A stretch of DNA of 14,259 nucleotides from Trueperaceae bacterium (GCA_035703635.1 DASSXV010000029.1:1-14259), one strand, 5' to 3'; shown: positions 1-9,131, numbered from the stretch's first letter. Translations and numbers: made by a program. The notes: a model not told the origin generated them from the sequence alone.

Positions 1-7
1 CGGGGAC

Positions 8-53
8 CGAGGCGTTGGGACGACGAGGCGAGTCGTCCCAACGCCTCGTCTTT
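8..53 (+). terminator. Probable intrinsic terminator of a gene upstream of the window
   Basis: Perfect 17-bp inverted repeat CGAGGCGTTGGGACGAC (8-24) / GTCGTCCCAACGCCTCG (32-48) with a 7-nt loop, followed by TCTTT. The T-tract is short. Confidence 0.65.
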
Positions 54-58
54 GGGGG

Positions 59-64
59 TACCGT
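59..64 (+). promoter_or_regulatory. -10 element (TACCGT) of a leaderless Nudix transcript
   Basis: TANNNT hexamer 7 nt upstream of ATG 72; no Shine-Dalgarno in the spacer. Confidence 0.55.
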
Positions 65-71
65 TCACGGC

Positions 72-617
72 ATGGCTACCTCGAGGGATGAGGCGCGAGT
101 AAACGGCGAAGTTGTCATCGGCCGCGCGGCTGACGAGGCCGCGCTGGCGCGTTTCGCCGCCTCCGCGAGCGCTGACGGATTGAGGCTGGTGGTCGGCGCG
201 CTCATAACGGATGGCGCGGGCCGCATCTATGTTCAACGCCGTAGCCTCACAAGGGCCGTGTTCGCCGGTTGCTGGGACCTCGTTGGGGGTCACCATGAGC
301 CGGGGGAGACCATCACCCAAGCACTGGCCCGCGAGGTGAACGAGGAGACGGGTTGGGAGCTAACGTCGCTCGGCCCGGTCGTCGAGGTGCTCGACTGGGA
401 GGCGGGCGGGATCAGGCGCCGTGAGGTCGACTTCCTCGTAACGGTCGCGGGCAACCTGGCCGCGCCGCGCTTGGAGGCGAGCAAACACGTCGAGGGGCGC
501 TGGCTTAGCGCCACCGAACTCAGCGTGCTGTTGGAGGGTAGGCTGCCTGACGACCGCTGGGTGCACGAGGTCGTGGCCCGAGGCTTCGAACTCCTCGGCA
601 ACTGGTCGCTTACCTGA
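72..617 (+). CDS. Nudix hydrolase (181 aa), substrate unknown
   Basis: Nudix box GGHHEPGETITQALAREVNEETGW preceded by QRR...FAGCWDL. ATG 72 preferred over TTG 15, which lies inside the hairpin, and because ATG 72 has a -10 box just upstream. Confidence 0.9.
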   Translation: MATSRDEARVNGEVVIGRAADEAALARFAASASADGLRLVVGALITDGAGRIYVQRRSLTRAVFAGCWDLVGGHHEPGETITQALAREVNEETGWELTSLGPVVEVLDWEAGGIRRREVDFLVTVAGNLAAPRLEASKHVEGRWLSATELSVLLEGRLPDDRWVHEVVARGFELLGNWSLT

Positions 618-620
618 ACC

Positions 621-2447
621 CTATGGCGCGGTGGTCAAGTCAGTGGCCGCAGCGCCTGCGCTGAGCGCCTGCCCCGTTAGCCCAGGGTAGAGCACGCGGT
701 AGATGGCCAGGTTCTCGAAGACTACCTGCAGGTACTCGCGCGTTTCGCTGCGGTCCATCAGGCGGTAGAAGTCGTCGCGATCGTTCTTGATGACGTCGCC
801 CTCCAACGTGCGGCGCACGTAGCCCTGCCCGCCGTTGTAACCGGCGATCACCAGCTCCTCGTCGCCATCGAAGTAGTTGAGCAACCAACGCAGGTAGGTG
901 GCGCCGTAGTTGATGTTGCTCGTCACGTCGAGCGGGTCGCCTGGGGTTTCCTTGCGCAGTTCCGCGATCCAGTCCCACGTCGTTGGCACGACCTGCATGA
1001 GGCCCATGGCGTTGGAGCGCGAAACCGCCACGGGGCTGAACGCGGACTCTTGCCGCATGACCGCCCAGATGAGGGCAGGCTCGAGGTCGTTCGCGGTGGC
1101 TGCTGGCCCGACGATGGTCGGCCACGCCGGTGGGTAAGCGAGGCGCCACGCACGCAGGTCGGTGATGCCAGCGGCCAACAAGGCCCTGGCGGCGCGGACG
1201 CTTTGGCGGTACTCGTCTAGGCTTTGCAGTTCCTCCGAAAGCTGGAGGGTGGCGCCGATGTCGTCGGCCGCCTCGGCATCGCGCAGTGCGAAGAGGAGCT
1301 CACCTATGGCGGAGGAAGCGTCGCCCGCCGCCACCAGGTCTCCAGCTAGTGACAACGCCTCGGCCGCGAGGGGCGCCGCGCCTTCTACGAGCGCCGACCG
1401 CGAGTACTCGCCGACAGGCGCCGAACTCGGGTCTGGCGCGGCAGGCAAACCGCCGAGCTTGAGCGCGAAGAAGCTGCCGAGCGGCATGGCGTCGAGCGCC
1501 GCGCGTTGCGCCGCGGCGTCACCGAGACGCTGAGCGAGGACGTAAGCGCGGTAGGCGGCGTCATCCGCGTACGAACTTCCGCCTCTTGCAAGCTCGAGGT
1601 AAACGGGGATGGCGCCGGCGAACTCGCCGCGGGCCTCGAGGAGTTCGGTGGCGAGCCACAAGTAGTCGGCGCGTCCGGTGAGGCTCAGGTACCTGACGGC
1701 CTCGCCTAACTGTCCGCGGCGATTGGCTAGCAGTCCGAGCCCGTAGTAACCGGAGGAACCAAGCGCCGTGAACGCCGCGCTCGCCTCGTCGTTGCGCTGC
1801 AAGTAGTAGAGGCACCAGGCTTCTCCAAGCGCCGCCGTCTCACTGCCTGGGTCCACTGCGCGCCAGGCGCGGTAGGCCGTCAAGGCGTCGCCGTAGCGGC
1901 CTAATGCCCGCAGTGCTGGCGCCTCTATCGACGGTGCCGAGCGCCCGCCCAGCGCCTGGAGGGCCGCCTCGTAGCGGCTTGCGCCGAGCAGGCCAGCGGC
2001 TAGGCGGTAAGGGTCCGTCTCTAGCCGCGTGAAGTTCGCAAGTGCCCGCTCGTCCGGGAGGGCCGCGCGGTACGCGGCGATGGCCTTGTCGTTCTCGCCC
2101 GCCGCCTCCGCGAGCTCGCCCAGCTGGAGGTTGAGGCTCAGGGTCTCGGCGCGCATGAGCGAGTCTGGCATGCGCAACTCAAGGGCGCGTTCGAGGGCTT
2201 TGAGCCGGAGTTGCGGTGAGAGTTGCGGCCAGGCGGAGAGCTCGATGGCGGCGAGGTAGGCGGAGTAGCGGTCGCTTTCGAACGCTAGGCGGTTGAGGGT
2301 GGCGGCGTCGCCTGTTGCCCGCGCGACGCTCAACTCGGTGTAAGCCGGCGGAGCCGCCCTCGAGTCGGGCGGCGTGGCAGCCGAAAGCGTGAACAAAGCC
2401 CCCGTGAGGAGCGCGAGGGCGAGTAGAGCAACCATCCGGAACCGCAT
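621..2447 (-). CDS. Exported Slt-family lytic transglycosylase with N-terminal TPR-like helical region (608 aa)
   Basis: C-terminal SLT motifs AVMRQESAF (catalytic Glu), AMGLMQV, NINYGATYL, AGYNGG, ETREY. Ala/Leu/Tyr-rich TPR-like helices upstream. Signal-peptide-like MRFRMVALLALALLTGALFTLSA and TAGACT 5 nt upstream support start 2447 rather than 2531. Confidence 0.9.
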   Translation of the reverse strand: MRFRMVALLALALLTGALFTLSAATPPDSRAAPPAYTELSVARATGDAATLNRLAFESDRYSAYLAAIELSAWPQLSPQLRLKALERALELRMPDSLMRAETLSLNLQLGELAEAAGENDKAIAAYRAALPDERALANFTRLETDPYRLAAGLLGASRYEAALQALGGRSAPSIEAPALRALGRYGDALTAYRAWRAVDPGSETAALGEAWCLYYLQRNDEASAAFTALGSSGYYGLGLLANRRGQLGEAVRYLSLTGRADYLWLATELLEARGEFAGAIPVYLELARGGSSYADDAAYRAYVLAQRLGDAAAQRAALDAMPLGSFFALKLGGLPAAPDPSSAPVGEYSRSALVEGAAPLAAEALSLAGDLVAAGDASSAIGELLFALRDAEAADDIGATLQLSEELQSLDEYRQSVRAARALLAAGITDLRAWRLAYPPAWPTIVGPAATANDLEPALIWAVMRQESAFSPVAVSRSNAMGLMQVVPTTWDWIAELRKETPGDPLDVTSNINYGATYLRWLLNYFDGDEELVIAGYNGGQGYVRRTLEGDVIKNDRDDFYRLMDRSETREYLQVVFENLAIYRVLYPGLTGQALSAGAAATDLTTAP

Positions 2448-2452
2448 GACCA

Positions 2453-2458
2453 AGTCTA
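2453..2458 (-). promoter_or_regulatory. -10 element (TAGACT) of a leaderless transglycosylase transcript
   Basis: TANNNT on the minus strand, 5 nt before ATG 2447. Confidence 0.45.
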
Positions 2459-2557
2459 CGTGTGACTCGTCTGACCTAGGTGAGCGGACGGCCTTGACGC
2501 CCGGGTGCGCTTGTAGGTGGCGTAGGCCCATGAACGCGTTCGGCGGGGTTCTTGGGG

Positions 2558-2563
2558 TACAAT
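2558..2563 (+). promoter_or_regulatory. -10 element (TACAAT) for gfh1-lysS
   Basis: 5/6 match to TATAAT in a GC-rich intergenic region; implies a start near 2570 and a ~110-nt 5' UTR. No consensus -35 seen. Confidence 0.55.
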
Positions 2564-2572
2564 GGCACCACA

Positions 2573-2644
2573 GTTAAGCGGCCAGCCGGCTTGTCCTGAA
2601 AGGGGCAAGCCGCTTCCTAACGGCCCGGCTAGAAGTGGGCTGGC
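2573..2644 (+). promoter_or_regulatory. Putative structured 5' leader RNA of gfh1-lysS
   Basis: Closing helix GCCAGCC (2581-2587)/GGCTGGC (2638-2644), 10-bp stem 2588-2597/2602-2611 capped by GAAA, and a third helix 2613-2619/2630-2635. Folded by eye. Confidence 0.4.
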
Positions 2645-2679
2645 AAGCACGCACGCAGCAAACTGAGAAGGAGATCTGT

Positions 2680-3150
2680 ATGGCGCTGAGAGTTCGCATC
2701 ACGCCTGAGGGGTACGAGCGCCTGAAGGCCACGTTGGAGCAAGAGTACGCTCGCCTCGAGGAGGCGACGAAGATCCTCCAAGAGCTGACTGGCTCGTCAG
2801 ATGATTACGACGACAGCGGTCTAGAGGACGCTAAGGCGGAGAAGGCGCGTATCGAGCTGCGCATAGACGACCTCGAGCTGCAGCTGAACCGCGCAGACGT
2901 CATCGCTGCGACCGGCGTCACGTTCGTCGATCTAGGGAGCGTCGTCACGCTCCTCGACATCAAGTCAAAGGACGTCTTCCAGGTTCAGGTCGTCTCGCCG
3001 GTCGAGGCGGGGGTGCTCGAGGGCGACATCCCTCGGGTCAGCGACGAGTCGCCCCTCGGCAAGGCGCTCATGGGCCGCGGCAAGGGCGAGAAGTTCAAGG
3101 TCGCCTCGCAGGGTGGCACCACGGAGTACGAACTCCAGTCCATCGGTTGA
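2680..3150 (+). CDS. gfh1: Gre-factor homologue Gfh1, RNA polymerase secondary-channel inhibitor (156 aa)
   Basis: GreA/B architecture (ITPEGYERL coiled coil; C-terminal LGSVV, VSDESPLGKALMG), but the tip loop is EATKILQELTGSSDDYDDSGLEDAK, matching Thermus Gfh1 (SSDDYDDSGL) rather than GreA (GDLSENAEY). SD AAGGAG at 2668-2673. Confidence 0.9.
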   Translation: MALRVRITPEGYERLKATLEQEYARLEEATKILQELTGSSDDYDDSGLEDAKAEKARIELRIDDLELQLNRADVIAATGVTFVDLGSVVTLLDIKSKDVFQVQVVSPVEAGVLEGDIPRVSDESPLGKALMGRGKGEKFKVASQGGTTEYELQSIG

Positions 3151-3160
3151 TAACGAGACC

Positions 3161-4651
3161 ATGTCGCAGAAGTCCATGAACGAACAGCGCGACCAGCGCC
3201 TCCGTAACCTGGCGGCGCTGGAGGAGCGCGGGTTCGAGGCCTACCCGTACGACTACCACCCGACGCACTCGGCCGCCGAACTTCGCGAATCGCACCCGGC
3301 GCCCGCGGCGGGTGAGCGCCTCGGCGACGAGCGCGTCGTGGTGGCCGGGCGCGTCATGCTCCTGCGCATGCTCGGCAAGCTCACGTTCGCTACGCTGCAA
3401 GACGCCAGCGGCCGCATTCAAGCGTCGTTCCAGAAGGACAAGCTGGAGGCGTACAACGCCCTCAAGAAGGTCGATCTGGGCGACTGGCTAGAAGTCAGCG
3501 GCACCCTCTACGCCACCCAAACGGGCGAGCTGACCGTCGATGCCGACGCCTTCCGGCCCCTCGTGAAGAGCCTGCGCCCGCTACCTGACAAGCACCACGG
3601 CCTCTCCGAGAAGGAGGCGCGTTACCGCCAGCGCTACCTCGACCTGATGGTCAACCCCGAGGTCAAGCGTGCCTTCACGCTGCGCGGCAACGCCATCAGT
3701 TACATCCGGCGCTACCTGGACACCAGGGGCTTCCTCGAGGTCGAGACGCCTGTGCTGCAGGCAGTTCCCGGCGGGGCGGACGCGCGCCCGTTCCTCACGC
3801 ACCACAACGCCCTCGACTTCGACTTCCACCTGCGGATATCGCTCGAGCTCTACCTCAAGCGCCTCATCGTGGGCGGGTTCGACGCCGTCTACGAGATCGG
3901 CCGCAACTTCCGCAACGAGGGGCTAAGCTACAAGCACAACCCCGAGTACACGATGCTCGAGCTCTACTGGGCGGGCAAGGATTACCTAGACATCCTTGAG
4001 CTCGTCGAGAACATGTACTCAGGCCTAGTGCTCGAGTTGCTCGGCTCCACGAAGCTGACTTACCAGGGCACCGAACTAGACTTCGCGCCGCCATGGCCGC
4101 GCGTCGATTACACCGGCGAGCTGGCTAAGCGGGCTGGCATGGACTTCGATCCCCTCGACGAGGAGCGCCTGCGCGCCTGGACTGCCGTTAAGCACCCAGG
4201 CGCTGCGGAGGGAGAGCTGCCGCTCGCGGAGCGCCCCCTCAACCAGGTGTTCGACAAGCTCTACGACATCTACGTGGAACCGCATTTGGTGGGTCCGGTA
4301 TTCGTGATGGATCACCCGCTGGCCATCAGCCCGCTGGCCAAGAAGCACCGCTCGCGGCCGGGGCTGGTGGAGCGCTTCGAGCCAGTGGCGGTAGGGATGG
4401 AGTTGGGCAACGCCTTCAGCGAACTGAACGACCCGCTCGATCAACGAGCGCGCTTCGAGCGCCAGCAGGCGCTGCGCGACGCCGGCGACGACGAAGCGCA
4501 GATGCTGGACGAGGACTTCCTTACGGCGCTCGAGTTCGGCATGCCGCCGACCGGGGGCCTTGGGCTTGGGATCGACCGGCTCGCCATGCTACTGGCCGAC
4601 GTGCCGAGCATCAGGGACGTGATCCTGTTCCCGTTGTTGCGGCCGCAGTGA
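3161..4651 (+). CDS. lysS: Lysine--tRNA ligase, class II (496 aa)
   Basis: OB-fold anticodon domain (VAGRV, GKLTFATLQD), RYRQRYLDL, FLEVETP, LRISLELYLKRLIVGG, FRNEG, ELGNAFSELNDP, GMPPTGGLGLGIDRL. Starts 10 nt after the gfh1 stop. Confidence 0.98.
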   Translation: MSQKSMNEQRDQRLRNLAALEERGFEAYPYDYHPTHSAAELRESHPAPAAGERLGDERVVVAGRVMLLRMLGKLTFATLQDASGRIQASFQKDKLEAYNALKKVDLGDWLEVSGTLYATQTGELTVDADAFRPLVKSLRPLPDKHHGLSEKEARYRQRYLDLMVNPEVKRAFTLRGNAISYIRRYLDTRGFLEVETPVLQAVPGGADARPFLTHHNALDFDFHLRISLELYLKRLIVGGFDAVYEIGRNFRNEGLSYKHNPEYTMLELYWAGKDYLDILELVENMYSGLVLELLGSTKLTYQGTELDFAPPWPRVDYTGELAKRAGMDFDPLDEERLRAWTAVKHPGAAEGELPLAERPLNQVFDKLYDIYVEPHLVGPVFVMDHPLAISPLAKKHRSRPGLVERFEPVAVGMELGNAFSELNDPLDQRARFERQQALRDAGDDEAQMLDEDFLTALEFGMPPTGGLGLGIDRLAMLLADVPSIRDVILFPLLRPQ

Positions 4652-4819
4652 GGGGCGCACTCTAGTGGAGTCATGGACTGCGCCTAGCACATCGTGGGGT
4701 CGAGGTCATCTTGCGGTTGGTTAGGTAGGAGCGTCGCGGTAGTGCCGCGGCTCCGGTTCTATCCTGGCGGAGGCGGCTAGGATAGACCAATTCGACCGGC
4801 AAGAGCTGGAGGTGTGCGG

Positions 4820-5059
4820 ATGGCAGCCGGCCCGATTCTCCGGATAGGTAGATTGAAGCTCTATTTGAGGGACTTGATCTCGGGTCCGATCTTGGTTGCG
4901 TCGATTACATATCTCTTGGAGAGAGACCGACCGTTTCCTAGTTCCTGGCCAGAGTTCGTCCTCAAGTTCTTGGCCGTGACCGCGCTCTACTACTTTGGAG
5001 CCGCCGTTCGGAACGCGATTTGGCCTGGCCAGGGGGCCGGGGCGCTGCGAAAGAAGTGA
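4820..5059 (+). CDS. Small hypothetical membrane protein (79 aa)
   Basis: SD GGAGGT (4808-4813) 6 nt before ATG; two hydrophobic stretches (LISGPILVASITYLL, FVLKFLAVTALYYFGAAV); basic C-terminus RKK; fills an otherwise empty gap. Family not recognised. Confidence 0.6.
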   Translation: MAAGPILRIGRLKLYLRDLISGPILVASITYLLERDRPFPSSWPEFVLKFLAVTALYYFGAAVRNAIWPGQGAGALRKK

Positions 5060-5102
5060 GTGCCCTCCAGCAGGTCGGCGGAGACATAACGCTCGCCTGA
5101 GC

Positions 5103-5813
5103 TCAATTACGCGTCGTCTCCGCTGCCGCGGCGGCGACCGTCGAGCTGCCGGCGTGACCGGCTGCGACCCGCTTCTCCAGGGCAGCATGCGCCGACCCCA
5201 ACCCCCGGAACACCTGCAGGAAGAACTGCATGAGCGGCCCGGCCGTGAGCGCGAACAGCGCCGTGCCGAGCCCCACGGTGCCGCCCATGAGCCAGCCCAA
5301 GCCGAACACCGATAGCTCGGTTAGCGTGCGCACGGTGCGCACCTTGGCGCCCGTCACCTTGGCCACGCCGAGGACGAAACCGTCGCGAGGGCCGGCACCC
5401 AGGCCCGCCGTGATGTAGAGGCCGGTGGCCACGCCACACAGCACGGTGCCGAGGGCGAATACCAGTACGCCCACCGCGTAACTCATTTTGTGAGGGAAGC
5501 CGGGCAGGGCGAGGAAGGCGTCGCACCACACCCCGATGAGCACCATGTTCAGCACGGTGGCAACGCCGATCTTCACCTTGGGGCCGATGACGGAGTAGAC
5601 GAGGACGGCCAGCCCGGCCAGGATCATGGCCTGCCCGATGCTTAGCGGCGTAAGGCGCGATAGGCCCTGGTGGAAGACGTCCCACGGGCCAAGGCCGATG
5701 CCCGCGTTGACCATGAGTGCCACCGACAGGCCATAGATCACGAGGCCGACGTTGACTTGGAGCAAGCGGAGGAGGAAAACGCGCCAGGAGAGGGGGCGCC
5801 TCGGCAGAGTCAC
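5103..5813 (-). CDS. YczE/YyaS/YitT-like integral membrane protein (236 aa)
   Basis: Multi-TM protein with the duplicated motif AGIGLGPWDVFHQGLS / AGLGAGPRDGFVLG and GGTVGLGT. GTG start with TACGCT 6 nt upstream. Confidence 0.88.
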   Translation of the reverse strand: MTLPRRPLSWRVFLLRLLQVNVGLVIYGLSVALMVNAGIGLGPWDVFHQGLSRLTPLSIGQAMILAGLAVLVYSVIGPKVKIGVATVLNMVLIGVWCDAFLALPGFPHKMSYAVGVLVFALGTVLCGVATGLYITAGLGAGPRDGFVLGVAKVTGAKVRTVRTLTELSVFGLGWLMGGTVGLGTALFALTAGPLMQFFLQVFRGLGSAHAALEKRVAAGHAGSSTVAAAAAETTRN

Positions 5814-5819
5814 CAGCGG

Positions 5820-5851
5820 AGCGTAACCCCAAAGCGCGTGCGGGTTAGCAT
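5820..5851. promoter_or_regulatory. Back-to-back leaderless promoters for the YczE-like gene and the amylase
   Basis: TACGCT (minus strand, 5820-5825) 6 nt before GTG 5813, and TAGCAT (plus strand, 5846-5851) 7 nt before ATG 5859, within a 45-bp gap lacking SD motifs. Confidence 0.6.
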
Positions 5852-5858
5852 TCCCGGC

Positions 5859-7331
<1,473 letters not shown>

Positions 7332-7595
7332 GGCCGTGCTGGCCTTTGACCCCTCGGAATACGAAAGGTTCACGCTGTAGGCGACGGAATGGCTTTCGAA
7401 CAGGAAGCAGCTTGACAGCAGCGCGATTGTGGATAGGCCGATGGCTACGATCAATACCTTACGAGCAGCCAACGTGATCCCCATTCTTGAGCCCCAAAGC
7501 TCAATGAGGCGTTCTCCTTCAAGATTGGCCACGATTCACAATATGAGACAAGTCCTGCGTGGCTGCAGGTACAACGAGTGCCGCACCGCGCCCCA

Positions 7596-8663
7596 CTACT
7601 CGTGCAGACTGATCCTGCTCTCGTCGCCCACCACCATGCGGTGGGTGGCCGGCCGTGAGTCATGGCCCGTGATAACCACGTCTTCACCTATCAGGCTGGC
7701 TTGAATGCGGGGTTTCACTCCGGCGATGACGCTGCGGTTGCCGACCACCGAGTACTCGAGTTCGGCGTTGCGCACCTCGCAGTCGTCACCTATGGCCGTG
7801 AAAGGCCCGATGTAGGCGCCCTCCACGCGCGCGCCCGCGCCGATGATGACCGGCCCGAAGACGGTGGTGTCCTTGACGACAGCGCCCTCCCCGACTACGA
7901 CCTCACCGACCAGGGTTGCGTTGGTCAGCTCACCGCGTACGTCGCGCTTTAGGCGGGTGAGGAGCAGGCGGTTGGCGTCGAGGATGTCGTCTGGCTGGCC
8001 CGTGTCCTTCCACCAGCCTCGCACCGTCACAGGTACGACGACGTCGCCTGCCTCGATGAGGCGCTGGATGGCGTCGGTGATCTGGTACTCACCCTTGGCG
8101 CCGGGTGGCAGCCCCTCGATCATGGCGTGGATGCGGGGGTTGAAGACGTACACACCAGCCACGGCCAGGGTGCTGGGTGGGTCGGTGGGTTTCTCGACCA
8201 GCCTCGTGATGTGGTCGTTCTCCACCACGGCCACGCCGAGCGACTTCGCCGCGTCGTACGTGACCGGCACGAGGGCCATGACGGCGCAGCTGCCCCCGGC
8301 CCTGAAGCGGTCGACGAACTCCGTGATGCCGTTCTCGAAAAGGTTATCGGAGAGGTACATGACGAACGTGTCGTCGCCTAGAAAGTCGCGTGACACCTTC
8401 ACGGCGTGCGCCAGCCCCTGGGGCGGGTTCTGCATGATGTACTCGAAACGCGCGCCGGAGTAGGAGCCGAGCGTCTCCTTGATGGAGTTGAGCGTGAGGT
8501 AGCTGACCACTACCCCGATGTCCGTAACGCCAGCCTCGACCAGGTTGTCGACCGCGTGATGGATGAGGGGCTTGTTGGCCACCGCGATCGTCGGCTTGGG
8601 CTTGAGGCTAGTGATCGGCCGCAAGCGCGTCCCCAGCCCGGCCGCCAGGATCAGTCCCTTCAT
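7596..8663 (-). CDS. Sugar-1-phosphate nucleotidylyltransferase, long-form glucose-1-phosphate thymidylyltransferase family (355 aa)
   Basis: MKGLILAAGLGTRLRP, KPKP, QGLAHAV, YLSDN, VEKP, WWKDTG, plus C-terminal hexapeptide-repeat beta-helix (VVGEGAVV, IIGAGARV, IGPFTAIG). Purine-rich SD AGAGAGGG upstream. Nucleotide specificity uncertain. Confidence 0.9.
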   Translation of the reverse strand: MKGLILAAGLGTRLRPITSLKPKPTIAVANKPLIHHAVDNLVEAGVTDIGVVVSYLTLNSIKETLGSYSGARFEYIMQNPPQGLAHAVKVSRDFLGDDTFVMYLSDNLFENGITEFVDRFRAGGSCAVMALVPVTYDAAKSLGVAVVENDHITRLVEKPTDPPSTLAVAGVYVFNPRIHAMIEGLPPGAKGEYQITDAIQRLIEAGDVVVPVTVRGWWKDTGQPDDILDANRLLLTRLKRDVRGELTNATLVGEVVVGEGAVVKDTTVFGPVIIGAGARVEGAYIGPFTAIGDDCEVRNAELEYSVVGNRSVIAGVKPRIQASLIGEDVVITGHDSRPATHRMVVGDESRISLHE

Positions 8664-8759
8664 GACTACCCTCTCTGTCTGGGCGCCCCCACGCCGGTAA
8701 GGCGATAAGGGCCCGATGGTACTGAGTCGAAGATACCGCGACTAGCACCCCCGTGCGGG

Positions 8760-8765
8760 TACCAT
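8760..8765 (+). promoter_or_regulatory. -10 element (TACCAT) of a leaderless gldC transcript
   Basis: TANNNT 6 nt before ATG 8772. An identical TACCAT on the minus strand at 8716-8721 could drive the divergent nucleotidyltransferase gene. Confidence 0.6.
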
Positions 8766-8771
8766 GCACCC

Positions 8772-9131
8772 ATGCTGACCTCATCCGACATCCGCCTGAC
8801 CGTCGATATGGACGACGAGGGCGTCGAGGCCATCCGCTGGCAAGCCGACGACTCTCCCGAGCCGGGCACGCATGACGCCGGAGCCATGCTCCTCGCCCTC
8901 TGGGACATGGAAAAGCGCAACTCGCTGCGCATAGACATGTGGGTGAAGGAGTTGTCTGTGGACGACATGAACGATTTCTTCTTCCAAACGTTCCTCTCGA
9001 TGGCCGATACTTACCGCAGAGCAACTAACGACGCCGGTTTGGCTAGCGAGATCAAGCTGTTCGCCCGCGACTTCGCGGATAAGGCTTCGCGCGCTGCCAG
9101 CGCGCACGCTGGAGCCGCGCCAAGGAGCTAG
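8772..9131 (+). CDS. gldC: Gliding motility protein GldC homologue (119 aa)
   Basis: S-D-I-x-L-T-V-x-M-D, I-x-W-x-A-D-D, AMLLALWD, SLRIDMWVKELSVDDMNDFFFQTFLSMADTYRRAT, matching my recollection of the Bacteroidota GldC pattern (LSIWD...RIDLWTKDMPVDEM..FFHQTL..MADTF.RAT). Confidence 0.85.
   Translation: MLTSSDIRLTVDMDDEGVEAIRWQADDSPEPGTHDAGAMLLALWDMEKRNSLRIDMWVKELSVDDMNDFFFQTFLSMADTYRRATNDAGLASEIKLFARDFADKASRAASAHAGAAPRS

Noticed and set aside
8..48. 17-bp inverted repeat as a REP, MITE or CRISPR repeat
   Set aside because: Single copy in the window, no spacers or transposase; a terminator is the simpler reading.
2570..2679. Lysine riboswitch or T-box upstream of the lysS operon
   Set aside because: Leader is too short for either, and I see no T-box consensus or terminator U-tract.
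4721..5188. 155-aa minus-strand ORF spanning the small ORF
   Set aside because: Arg/Pro/Ser-rich, overlaps the YczE-like gene, no evident initiation signal; the plus-strand ORF has the strong SD and a protein-like pattern.
7534..7548. Imperfect palindrome ATTCACAATATGAGA with a TGTGA half-site on the minus strand
   Set aside because: Short, mismatched and single-copy; spacing does not fit a CRP-type site.
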